Below, in pieces: positions 34,944 through 43,783 of a stretch of DNA of 64,000 nt. Numbering within the stretch: position 1 is the stretch's first letter; every line of letters begins with the position of its first letter. The notes beneath the pieces are model-generated. The model ran no database searches. It saw nothing but the letters and a program-made list of their open reading frames with translations, and was not told the origin of the DNA. The position numbers and the translations under genes are program-made. Source of the stretch: Opitutales bacterium (GTDB lineage Bacteria; Verrucomicrobiota; Verrucomicrobiia; Opitutales; UBA953); NCBI GenBank assembly GCA_044350605.1, contig JBILHF010000003.1, positions 3,401 to 67,400 on the forward strand. Direction: 5' to 3'.

Positions 34944-37900
34944 ATGCTTATCCAAGAGTCCCGTACCTACCAACTGGCCAAGGCCGCGCTGCTCGCCGTC
35001 CTGCTCGCCGTGACCCCGGTCACCGCCGTCCTGCGAGCGCAGACCAAGCCCCTGCCCACCGCCGAGAAGCAGGAAGACCCGTTGAACGTGCTCTACAAGG
35101 CCGCCGACAAGGCCTTCGAAGAGAAGAAGTACAAGGAGGCCCTCGATCTCTTCCAGGAACTCGAGGACAAGGCCGGCGACGTCGCCAACAGCATGAAGGC
35201 GGTCCTCTCCTTCCGCAAGGCCACCTGTCTCTTCTTCATGAAGGACTGGCCCAAGGCCCAGGTCGAACTCACCACCTTCCTCGATAAATACCCCAAGGGA
35301 ACCGAAGATTTCTTCGACGGCGACAATCGCCGCGGCACCGCCGAACTGATCCTCATCGAAGCCTTCTCCAAGCAGGGCAAGTGGGATCAGGCCCTCGCCC
35401 GCCTCGAGAAGATCCGCACCAACGCGCTCGCCCGCCCCGAGGAACGCGTCAGCGCCTTCACCCTTTCGGCCCAGATCGTGGTCGACCGCGCCAAGTCCTC
35501 GACCGACGAACTCAAGAAGGCCGCCTACTCGCAGGCGATCAGCCTCCTCAAGCAGGCCACCGCCGAAGGCATCAATACGCCCGAACGCCGTGAAGCCGCC
35601 TATAAGCTGGTCGAGATGTATACGAAGCTCGGCCTGACCAAGGAGGCCACCCAGCTCAAGAGCGAGATCGACGCCCGCAGCACCGGCTCCCCGGTCGAAG
35701 TGGTGCGTTCCAACTTCCAGCGCCTGGAAATCGGCGACGCGCGTTTCGCGGCCGCCGAATCGGCCGCCGACGAGGCCTTCCGCGGCGACTTCTACCGCCA
35801 GGCCCTCAATAACTACCAGGGCACGCTGCGCCGCGTGAACCTCACCCGCTCCTTCGGTAAGGCGATCGAAGCCAAGCAGACCGAGGTCGAAGGCATGACG
35901 AAGGCCGCCCCGAAGCCGAACGCCGAACAGGCCGACGCCATCCGCCGCGCGCAGCTCGACCTCGAACAGTTCAAGAAGATCGAGGCCGAATTCAAGGCCA
36001 ACAAGGACTACGACGCCTTCATCTCCTACCGCATCGGTCTCTGCCTCCTCGAACTGAAGCGCCCGTGGGAAGCCCACGTGGCCTTCCTCGACATCTTCGA
36101 GAACAGCCCGGAATTCAGCCGCATCGCCGGCGCCTACTACTACCACATCGTCGCCCTGCGCCGGATCGGCCGCAACACCGAGGCCCAGACGAAGTGCAAG
36201 GAATTCATCCAGAAATTCCCGAAAGACGAGATGGTGTCGTCCATCGCCCTCATCCTCGGCGACATCTCCCAGGAGCGCGAAGAATTCCCCGAAGCCATCG
36301 CCCACTACAAGTGGGTGCAGGCCAACGTGGCCAACCTCACGCCTGAGGTGGCCGAAGAGATCGATTTCCGGATCGCCGCCTGCCTTTTCTCGCAGGTCGA
36401 CTGGGCGCCCGCTTCGAAGGCCTTCGAGGCCTTCCTCAAGAAATACGAGCGCTCGTCCGTCCGCCAGCAGGTCCTGTACATGAACGCGCTCTGCTCGTTC
36501 TTCCAGGGCAAGTACAAGGAGACCAAGATCGACTTCGACAAATACCAGCAGGAATACCCGAAGGGCCAGTTCATCCCCGACGTCCGCTACCGCCAGGCGA
36601 TCGTGAAGTTCGGCGTCAACCCGCCCGATATCGCCGGCACCATCAAGCTCTGCGAAGACTGGCTCAAGGATTACGCCAAGGACCGGACCGACGAAGTCAT
36701 CGCCCAGACCCCCGAGGTCTACACCCTGATCGGCGACGCCAACATCCGTCTCGCCGACGAGCTCGACAAGAAGGTCAAGGCCGCCGACATCGACCTGCGC
36801 GTCAACCTGAAGACCCCTGACCGCGCCAAGTTCGCCGCCATCAAGGACAAGCTCGAGAAGGAGAAGGAAGCCGTCACCGGCAAGGCGATCGACGCCTACG
36901 AGGCCGCCGCCAAGAGCGCCCGCACCAATCCGCAGGCCCTCGAGTTCGTCCTCGGTGAGCTGCGCAAGCTCCTCCCCGGCCGCGGCGAGCACAAGCGCAT
37001 GCGCGACCTGTTCAAGGAGATCTTCGACTGGGACCATAACGACCCGAAGGCGATGACCTACCTCTACGAGGTCATCCGCTCCACCGAACGCATGGGCGAC
37101 ATGCCCGAGTTCGCCCAGCAGGCCGAGAAGGTCCGCAAGGATCTCAGCGCCAAGCTCGCCGACGGCCGCAAGGCCGTCGACCAGCTCGAGCGCAAGCAGG
37201 GCGTCACCCGCCCCGAGATCGACACCGCGAAGGAAGCCGTCAAGAAGCTCTCCGCCGAACTCGAAGCCGAACTCGCCAAGGTCGAGGTCAAGCGCCAGTC
37301 CTCCATCGCCGAGCAGAAGAAGCGCGCGCTGAAGATCCTCTCCGACGCCGTCGCCGAATCGATCAACGACCGTAAGCAGGAAGGCACCGAGAAGCTCATC
37401 GTCTTCCTCGCCGAGAAACTCGCGCGCAAGATCAAGCGCGTGAAGGCCGGCGCCAAGCCCGAGCCCGGCGCCTACACCAGCGCCGACGCCGAGAAAGAGC
37501 TGACCAAGCTGCTTCGTCTCGACGAAAACCGCGCCTCCCTCGTCGCCCAGGCCCGCGGCTTCTTCGCCCTCGGCCAGCTCGCCGTGTTCACGCGCGAGCC
37601 TGAGAAGACCGCCGCCAACTTCGCCAAGATCGCCGCCAACTTCAAGGCCGAGGAACTCAACCCGACCATCCTCGCGCTCGTCGGCGACAGCCTGCTAGCC
37701 AAGAACGAGACCAAGAAGGCGGAGGAATACTTCCGCTACATCCTCGAGTTCGCCCGCTCCTCGGAATACGCCGACTACGGCTTCGCCGGCCTCGCCGAAA
37801 TCCGGCTCGGCGAGAAGAAGTATGCCGAGGCGCTCTCCCTCTGCGACGAAGCCATCGACAACAACATCCTGATGTCGAAGGAGCTCGACCTGCGCTTCAC

Positions 37901-38606
37901 CCGCGCCCGCGCGCTCGCCGAACTCTCGAAGCTCGACGACGCCTTCAAGGCCTTCGAAGAGATCATCCGCACCAAGGAATGGCGCGGCGAGAAGACCGCC
38001 GCCTCCCTTTACTGGCTCGGCCAGCTGCATGAGCGCAACGCCGGCCTGATGGCGGCAGGGAAACCGAGCCTCATCACGAAGCCGAAGTCTTCGACCGACG
38101 CGACGCTCGTGCCGAAGGAGATGGCGGGCACGTCGCCGATCTCGGGCGCCGCGCCGCTGACCGTCAAATTCTCCGCCAGCGCGCCGGCCGCGGGCAAGGT
38201 CAGTTATCTCTGGGATTTCGGCGAGAAGGGCGCTACCTCGACCGAAGCAGCCCCGTCCTATGCTTACGCCGCCGCGGGAGAGTTCACCGCCACGCTCACC
38301 ATCAAGGTGGACGGCAAGGAGCAGAGCAAGACGACCGTCACGATCAACGCCCTCGCCAACAACGAGCCCGAAAACGCGAAGGATGCCTACAACAAGTCCA
38401 TCGCCTACTACCGCCGCTGCCACATGACCTGGAAGAAATATGAGATCTGGGCCGCGAAGTCCTACTTCGGCGAAGCCAAGATCCTCGCGACCAAGCTCGA
38501 ACAGAAGGACGCCGCCAAGCGCCTCCTGCAGGAGATGCTCGAGAAAGACCGCATCAAGGACACCCGCGAAGGGGTCGAAGCCAAAGCCTACCTCCTCGGA
38601 CTCTGA
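34944..38606 (+). CDS. Giant secreted TPR-repeat protein (~1220 aa) with an embedded PKD domain
   Basis: I prefer the start at MLIQESRTYQLAKAALLAVLLAVTPVTAVLRAQ (signal-like). TPR-like helical hairpins run throughout. The PKD block reads APLTVKFSASA..GKVSYLWDFGEKG......PSYAYAAAGEFTATLTIKVDG. Confidence 0.8.
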   Translation: MLIQESRTYQLAKAALLAVLLAVTPVTAVLRAQTKPLPTAEKQEDPLNVLYKAADKAFEEKKYKEALDLFQELEDKAGDVANSMKAVLSFRKATCLFFMKDWPKAQVELTTFLDKYPKGTEDFFDGDNRRGTAELILIEAFSKQGKWDQALARLEKIRTNALARPEERVSAFTLSAQIVVDRAKSSTDELKKAAYSQAISLLKQATAEGINTPERREAAYKLVEMYTKLGLTKEATQLKSEIDARSTGSPVEVVRSNFQRLEIGDARFAAAESAADEAFRGDFYRQALNNYQGTLRRVNLTRSFGKAIEAKQTEVEGMTKAAPKPNAEQADAIRRAQLDLEQFKKIEAEFKANKDYDAFISYRIGLCLLELKRPWEAHVAFLDIFENSPEFSRIAGAYYYHIVALRRIGRNTEAQTKCKEFIQKFPKDEMVSSIALILGDISQEREEFPEAIAHYKWVQANVANLTPEVAEEIDFRIAACLFSQVDWAPASKAFEAFLKKYERSSVRQQVLYMNALCSFFQGKYKETKIDFDKYQQEYPKGQFIPDVRYRQAIVKFGVNPPDIAGTIKLCEDWLKDYAKDRTDEVIAQTPEVYTLIGDANIRLADELDKKVKAADIDLRVNLKTPDRAKFAAIKDKLEKEKEAVTGKAIDAYEAAAKSARTNPQALEFVLGELRKLLPGRGEHKRMRDLFKEIFDWDHNDPKAMTYLYEVIRSTERMGDMPEFAQQAEKVRKDLSAKLADGRKAVDQLERKQGVTRPEIDTAKEAVKKLSAELEAELAKVEVKRQSSIAEQKKRALKILSDAVAESINDRKQEGTEKLIVFLAEKLARKIKRVKAGAKPEPGAYTSADAEKELTKLLRLDENRASLVAQARGFFALGQLAVFTREPEKTAANFAKIAANFKAEELNPTILALVGDSLLAKNETKKAEEYFRYILEFARSSEYADYGFAGLAEIRLGEKKYAEALSLCDEAIDNNILMSKELDLRFTRARALAELSKLDDAFKAFEEIIRTKEWRGEKTAASLYWLGQLHERNAGLMAAGKPSLITKPKSSTDATLVPKEMAGTSPISGAAPLTVKFSASAPAAGKVSYLWDFGEKGATSTEAAPSYAYAAAGEFTATLTIKVDGKEQSKTTVTINALANNEPENAKDAYNKSIAYYRRCHMTWKKYEIWAAKSYFGEAKILATKLEQKDAAKRLLQEMLEKDRIKDTREGVEAKAYLLGL

Positions 38607-38611
38607 ACGCC

Positions 38612-39628
38612 ATGCGCCACCCCCTCCTCCTTGCCGCCTTCGCGCTGCTCGCCGCCGCCACGTCGCCGGCCCAGACCTTCGTCTTCAAGGGCGAAAAATG
38701 GGAGATCAACGACCCCTTCAAGCTGGACAACTCCGTCCCGCCGAAGCCGGTCGTCGACGCCAAGAAAGGCGTCATCAACGTGGTCAAGGGAACCGTCGAC
38801 CGCACGAGCAACCAAGGTGGCTTCGAGGTCGTCCTGACCCGCAAGCTTTCCGAGGTCACCGAAATCGTCTGGCCGATGCCCGCCCGCCTCCAGGAGGCCC
38901 AGAACAACGTCAACCGCGGCGAACCGGCCAAGGCCCTCGACAACGCCGAGGCCGTGCTGAAGTTCTTCGAGCCCCTCAAGAACGTCCCGGGCTCCTGGTG
39001 GGTCAAAGCCTCCCTCATCAAGCTCGACGCCCTCGATCGTCTTGAGAACGACGCCGCCACGAACAGCTTCCTCGCGACCTTCGAAAAAGAAGAAGCCGCC
39101 AAGCAGCCCGAAGTCGCCACCCAGATCCAGCTGGCCAAGCTCATGCTGCGCGCCCGCAAAGGCGACCACGAAGCCGTGATCCGCGAGGCCACCGAGCTGC
39201 TCACGAAGGTCGATAGCTCCGAGCTCCAGGCCCGCCTCCACCTCACCAAGGGCAACTCCCTCCTCGCCGCCAAGAAGTATGAGGCCGCGATGACCACCTA
39301 CCTCCGCGTGCCGGTCTTCTTCGGTTCCGAGGCCGAACTGATTCCCAAGGCCCTCCTCGGCGCGGCCCGCGCCTTCCGTGGCATGGACAGCCCCGCCCTG
39401 CGCGACCAGAAACTCGAAGCGATCTCCAACCGCTACCTCTACGACATCATCGTTTCCTTCCCGGTCTCCAAGGAGGCCGAAGAAGCCAAGAAACTGCTCC
39501 CCCCGGAGGAGCGCGCCAAGGCCGAAGCCGACCAGAAGAAGATCGCCGCCGGCGGTCCCCTCCCCGAAGGCGTCATCATGGCCAAACCCAAGCTCGCCGC
39601 CGAAGAGAAGGTCGAAGGCAACAAGTGA
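38612..39628 (+). CDS. Secreted TPR-like helical protein (338 aa)
   Basis: The signal peptide MRHPLLLAAFALLAAATSPAQT is followed by a helical-repeat middle region and a K/E/A-rich tail. The gene starts 5 nt after the giant TPR gene and lies upstream of exbB. Confidence 0.7.
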   Translation: MRHPLLLAAFALLAAATSPAQTFVFKGEKWEINDPFKLDNSVPPKPVVDAKKGVINVVKGTVDRTSNQGGFEVVLTRKLSEVTEIVWPMPARLQEAQNNVNRGEPAKALDNAEAVLKFFEPLKNVPGSWWVKASLIKLDALDRLENDAATNSFLATFEKEEAAKQPEVATQIQLAKLMLRARKGDHEAVIREATELLTKVDSSELQARLHLTKGNSLLAAKKYEAAMTTYLRVPVFFGSEAELIPKALLGAARAFRGMDSPALRDQKLEAISNRYLYDIIVSFPVSKEAEEAKKLLPPEERAKAEADQKKIAAGGPLPEGVIMAKPKLAAEEKVEGNK

Positions 39629-39681
39629 GTCCTTGCCCCTTTCCAAAACCTAACCTAGATACCAACCTACACCCCATCATC

Positions 39682-40473
39682 ATGAAGATGAACCTACGTT
39701 CCGCCCTCCTCAGCACCGCCCTTCTCGGCCTGTTGACCGTCACCGCCTCGGCCCAGGAGGCCGCCGCTGCCGGCGCGCACCACAAGACCCTGGCCGACCT
39801 CTTCATCGAAGGCGGTTGGGTCATGTATCCGATCACCCTCTGCTCCGTCGCGATGATCTGGTTCATGGTCGACGGCTTCATCAAGACCAGCGCCGGCAAG
39901 ATGTATCCCGCCGAGCACGTCACCCAGCTCCGTGAGCTCTTCAAGAAGGGCGACTACGTCGGTGCCTACGCTTTCGCCAAGGCCGCCGGTTCCCCCGTCG
40001 CTGACGTCGTGCGCGCCGGCGTCGCCTTCACTCCGGATGGCAAGACCATGACCGAAGAGGCCATCCTCTCGGAAATCGTCCGCATCCAGGGCGAACTCAA
40101 GGGTCGCTCCTCCTACCTCTCCGTGATCGGGGTCTGCACCCCGATGATCGGCCTCACCGGCACCGTGACGGGCATGATGAGCGCGTTCGAAACCCTCGGC
40201 ACCTCCGGCGTGGGCGATCCTTCCAAGCTCTCCGGCGCGATCGGTGAAGTGCTCGTGGCGACCGCCTCCGGCCTCTTCATCGCCATCCCGGCGTTCATCG
40301 CCTACTACCTCCTGGCCAACCGTATCAACAAGGGCATCCACGACATCACCGAGATCGTGACCGGCCTCTTCCGCGCTTTCCCCTACGACGAAGTCGAAGG
40401 CCGCAAGGTCGGCGACGAAGAGATCTACGCCGCCAAGCCGGATTGGAGCGCTTCTTCGAACGTCCAGGGCTAA
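39682..40473 (+). CDS. exbB: MotA/TolQ/ExbB proton-channel protein with an N-terminal signal peptide
   Basis: MKMNLRSALLSTALLGLLTVTASAQ is followed by WVMYPITLCSVAMIWF...GVCTPMIGLTGTVTGMM.AF......GAIGEVLVATASGLFIAIPA. Confidence 0.88.
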   Translation: MKMNLRSALLSTALLGLLTVTASAQEAAAAGAHHKTLADLFIEGGWVMYPITLCSVAMIWFMVDGFIKTSAGKMYPAEHVTQLRELFKKGDYVGAYAFAKAAGSPVADVVRAGVAFTPDGKTMTEEAILSEIVRIQGELKGRSSYLSVIGVCTPMIGLTGTVTGMMSAFETLGTSGVGDPSKLSGAIGEVLVATASGLFIAIPAFIAYYLLANRINKGIHDITEIVTGLFRAFPYDEVEGRKVGDEEIYAAKPDWSASSNVQG

Positions 40474-40505
40474 GTCCCTTCCACCCCTAAACCAGCAGCA
40501 AGACC

Positions 40506-40946
40506 ATGGCAGGCGGAGGCGGAGGCGGAGAAGGCGAACCGGAGTTCCAGGTCGCGCCGATGATCGACGTGCTCCTGGTGCTGCTCATCTTCTTCATGTC
40601 GATCACCTCCTCGCAGGTGCTCAAGGTCGACAAGAACATCTCGCTCCCGGTCGCCTCGCACGGCGTCAAGCGCGACGACAAGGCCGCGGCCGGCCTGATC
40701 AACATCTCGTGGGACAAGACCACGGGGCAGGCCAAGTACAAGCTCGACGACCGCGAACTCGACCCGAACGACAAGGAAGGCATCGCCAAGGAACTCGCCG
40801 ACCGCAAGGGCACCAACGAGAAGTATCGCCTGCTGGTCCGCGCCGACAAGGAATGCCACGCCAAGTATGTCTCCAAGGCCCTCGAATGGGGCGCCGAAGC
40901 AGGCATCGACAACATCGCCTTCTCCGGCCTCAACCACGAGGAATAA
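40506..40946 (+). CDS. exbD: ExbD/TolR biopolymer transport protein (copy 1)
   Basis: FQVAPMIDVLLVLLIFFM contains the conserved TM Asp. A periplasmic domain follows. Confidence 0.88.
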   Translation: MAGGGGGGEGEPEFQVAPMIDVLLVLLIFFMSITSSQVLKVDKNISLPVASHGVKRDDKAAAGLINISWDKTTGQAKYKLDDRELDPNDKEGIAKELADRKGTNEKYRLLVRADKECHAKYVSKALEWGAEAGIDNIAFSGLNHEE

Positions 40947-40949
40947 CCC

Positions 40950-41393
40950 ATGAAACAGAAGCCAGAAACCGCCGACGCCTCCCCGGGCTTCCAGATCGCC
41001 CCGATGATCGACGTGGTCTTCGTGATCATGCTCTTCTTCATGGTCATGGCCGGCGCCGTCAAGGTGGAGCACGAACTCAAGACGACCCTGCCTGGCAACG
41101 CCGAGACCGCCAAGGAGACCGAACTGCCCGACGAAGTCACGATCGGCGTCAGCGAGACCGGCGAGATCACCCTCAACGAAGATCCGGTCGGCCCTCCCGG
41201 TGACAAGCTCCTCGAGAACCTTTACAACCAGATGAAGCTGATGGGTCAGGCTGCCGAGCAGTCCAAGACCAAGCTGCTCATCACGGTGCAGGCCGAAGAG
41301 AACGCCCGCTACGAGCGCGTGATCAACGTCCTCGATATCCTGGCTAAGGCGAACATCACGAACGTGACGTTCGCGGTGTCCGACACCGAGTAA
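40950..41393 (+). CDS. exbD: ExbD/TolR biopolymer transport protein (copy 2)
   Basis: FQIAPMIDVVFVIMLFFM...LLITVQAEENARYERVINVLDILAKANI. The gene starts 3 nt after copy 1. Confidence 0.88.
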   Translation: MKQKPETADASPGFQIAPMIDVVFVIMLFFMVMAGAVKVEHELKTTLPGNAETAKETELPDEVTIGVSETGEITLNEDPVGPPGDKLLENLYNQMKLMGQAAEQSKTKLLITVQAEENARYERVINVLDILAKANITNVTFAVSDTE

Positions 41394-41417
41394 GCAGGGC
41401 TTTCAGCCGCCGAAGAC

Positions 41418-41439
41418 AGCCGCCGTCAGGCGGCTTTTT
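41418..41439 (+). terminator. Rho-independent terminator after exbD2
   Basis: The sequence is AGCCGCC-GTCA-GGCGGCT followed by TTTT(C). Confidence 0.75.
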
Positions 41440-41450
41440 CGTATCCCGGC

Positions 41451-42791
41451 TCAGCGACCGAAGCCGGCTTCGGATTCAAGGACCTTGCGGACGGCCTCGA
41501 AGTCATTCCCGATCTTGATCGGAGCGGGCGCCGGCAGCTCACCGGGGAAGCGGGAAGCCTGGGCGTCGCCGAAAGCCTCCTGCAGGACGTCCGGGAACTT
41601 GGCGGGATGCGCGGTGCCGAAGACGATGACGTCGTCGAGCTTGGCGCCGTCTCGGGCCAGGAGGTCCTCCGCGGCCTTCCAGCCGACGGCGGTATGCGGG
41701 CAAAGGACGTAGCCGCTGGCGTCGCGGACGCGACGCATGGCGTCGAGGGTGGCCCGGTCGTCGACGGTGACGGCTTCCACGGAGGGGCCGCCCTCACGCC
41801 AGGCGAGCAGGCGGCTGAGGTTGTTCGGGTCGCCGATGTCCATGGCGTTGGAGGCCGTGGGGACCGCGCGACGCGGACGATATTCGCCGGTCGCGAAGAG
41901 GTCGGGCAGCGGCGAGTTGGTGTTCGTCGCGGCGACGAGCGCGGCGACGTCCAGCCCCATCCGGCGGGCGAGCTGCACGGCGCCGACATTGCCGAGGTTA
42001 CCCGAAGGCACCACGATGCCCATGCGACGGCCGGGAGCCAGCAGGCGCTTGGCGTGGAAGGCGAACGGCACCTGCGCGATCAGGCGTACGGGGTTGATCG
42101 AGTTAGCGGTGAGCAGCGGGCGGTGGCGGCGCAGGGACTCGTCGGCGAGCGCGCGCTTCACCATCGCCTGGCAATCGTCGAACGTACCGTCGACGGAAAG
42201 GGCGACCACACCGGGACGGGGCCGGGCGATCTGGGATTCCTGCACGCCACTGACGCCGATGCGAGGATAGAGGACCACGGCACGGACGCCAGGGACGCCG
42301 GCGCAGGCTTCGGTCACGGCGGCGCCGGTATCACCGGAGGTCGCGGCCAGGACGGTCAGCTGCGGGAACTCATCGCCGAGGACGCGCGCGGTGACGCGCA
42401 CGAGCGTGCGGACGGCGAAGTCCTTGAAGGCCGCGGAGGGGCCTTGGAAAAGTTCGAGGACGGCGATGCGTTCGGCCGGGGTGCCCTTGAGCTTCTCCGG
42501 ACGCACGAGCGGCACCGGGAAGTTGAAGGCTTCCTGGCAAAGCTGTCGGAGGACCGCCGGGCCGAGCACCTCACCGAAATACGGGGCCACGACGGCCTCG
42601 GCGAGGTCGGCGTAGGACGCGTCGCGATGGCGCTCCACGAAGCCGGGCGCGAGCTGCGGGATGTGCGTCGGCACCCAGAGGCCACCCTTGGCGGGCATGG
42701 CCGAAAGCAGCACGTCACGCAGGGAGCCGCGACAGGAGGCGTCGGCGGTGGAGACGAATTCCAACTTAGGACTCGGAGAGGACATGGACAC
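41451..42791 (-). CDS. thrC: Threonine synthase
   Basis: The product is a PLP enzyme with LFQGPSAAFKDFA (Lys-PLP motif)...ATSGDTGAA...VPSGNLGN. It overlaps the thrB 3' end by 26 nt. Confidence 0.92.
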   Translation of the reverse strand: MSMSSPSPKLEFVSTADASCRGSLRDVLLSAMPAKGGLWVPTHIPQLAPGFVERHRDASYADLAEAVVAPYFGEVLGPAVLRQLCQEAFNFPVPLVRPEKLKGTPAERIAVLELFQGPSAAFKDFAVRTLVRVTARVLGDEFPQLTVLAATSGDTGAAVTEACAGVPGVRAVVLYPRIGVSGVQESQIARPRPGVVALSVDGTFDDCQAMVKRALADESLRRHRPLLTANSINPVRLIAQVPFAFHAKRLLAPGRRMGIVVPSGNLGNVGAVQLARRMGLDVAALVAATNTNSPLPDLFATGEYRPRRAVPTASNAMDIGDPNNLSRLLAWREGGPSVEAVTVDDRATLDAMRRVRDASGYVLCPHTAVGWKAAEDLLARDGAKLDDVIVFGTAHPAKFPDVLQEAFGDAQASRFPGELPAPAPIKIGNDFEAVRKVLESEAGFGR

Positions 42792-43719
42792 CCTTGGGGT
42801 TGATGCGCGAAACGTAAGGCGTGGCCTTGATCGGCACCGACGAGAACACGGCGGCGACGGCGGCGGCGACCTTGCGGGCGGTCTCTTCGCCTTCGCAGAG
42901 CGCGAACACGCTGGGGCCGGCGCCGGAGATCGAGAAGCCCAGCGCGCCGGCGGCCATGGCGGCGGCCTTGGCGCGGTAGAACTCAGGGATCAGGCGATGA
43001 CGATGGGGCTCGGCGATGAGGTCGTGGAGCGAGCGGCCGATGAGCGCGTAGTCGCTCTTGAAGAAGCCGCACAGCAGGCCGCCGAGATTGCCGCTCTGCT
43101 GCGTGGAGGTCTCGAGCTGGATCTGGCGCGGCATGATCTCGCGGGCGACCTTGGTCAGCACGACGATGTCCGGATGCACGACCGCGGCCCAGAGGCGCTC
43201 CGGGATCGGCACGTCCATCACGTCGAGCTCGGCGTTGGAACGGATGAGGGTGATGCCGCCGAGGAGGCACGGACCGACGTTGTCGGCATGCCAGGCGCCA
43301 TCGGCCGCGGCTTCGCCGGCGACCACGAAAGGCAGGAGCTGACGACGCGTCAGCGGATCACCGAGCAGACGGTTGACCACGAAGGCGCCCCCGACCGCGC
43401 TCGCGGCGCTGGAGCCGAGGCCGCTGCCGAAGGGCATCTTCTTGTGGATCTCCATCTCGATGCCGAGGTCGCTCTTGCCGAGGTGACGGAGCAGCGCGTG
43501 GGCGGAGACGCCGGCGGTGTTCTTCTTCGAGTCGAGCGGCAGGCGGCCGTCGTCACCGGTGATCTTGGTGATGCGCAGGCCGGGGGTCGGCGAGAAGCGG
43601 GCCACGATCTCGTCGCCGGGGGCGTCGATGCAGAAGCCAAGCACGTCGAAACCGCAGGCCACGTTGGCCACGGTGGCAGGCGAAAAGATACGGACTTCTT
43701 TGAGCGGCTGGGCGGACAT
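42766..43719 (-). CDS. thrB: Homoserine kinase
   Basis: The internal ATG gives MSAQPLKEVRIFSPATVANVACGFDVLGF...PFGSGLGSSAASAV (GHMP kinase motif). The 61 upstream codons of the ORF are discarded. Confidence 0.9.
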   Translation of the reverse strand: MSAQPLKEVRIFSPATVANVACGFDVLGFCIDAPGDEIVARFSPTPGLRITKITGDDGRLPLDSKKNTAGVSAHALLRHLGKSDLGIEMEIHKKMPFGSGLGSSAASAVGGAFVVNRLLGDPLTRRQLLPFVVAGEAAADGAWHADNVGPCLLGGITLIRSNAELDVMDVPIPERLWAAVVHPDIVVLTKVAREIMPRQIQLETSTQQSGNLGGLLCGFFKSDYALIGRSLHDLIAEPHRHRLIPEFYRAKAAAMAAGALGFSISGAGPSVFALCEGEETARKVAAAVAAVFSSVPIKATPYVSRINPKGVHVLSES

Positions 43720-43783
43720 ATGACCCCCTTTGACAGGGGTGGGCAGACCTTTCGGGTTGCCTCCCCTTCGGTCAACGGTGAAC

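Noticed and set aside
31794-39646. Long minus-strand ORFs: 31794..34007 (737 aa), 34884..37037 (717 aa) and 38588..39646 (352 aa).
   Set aside because: They are antisense to the long greA, the ArsR-methyltransferase fusion and the TPR genes. They have a repetitive G/A/E/D/L/V composition without domains.
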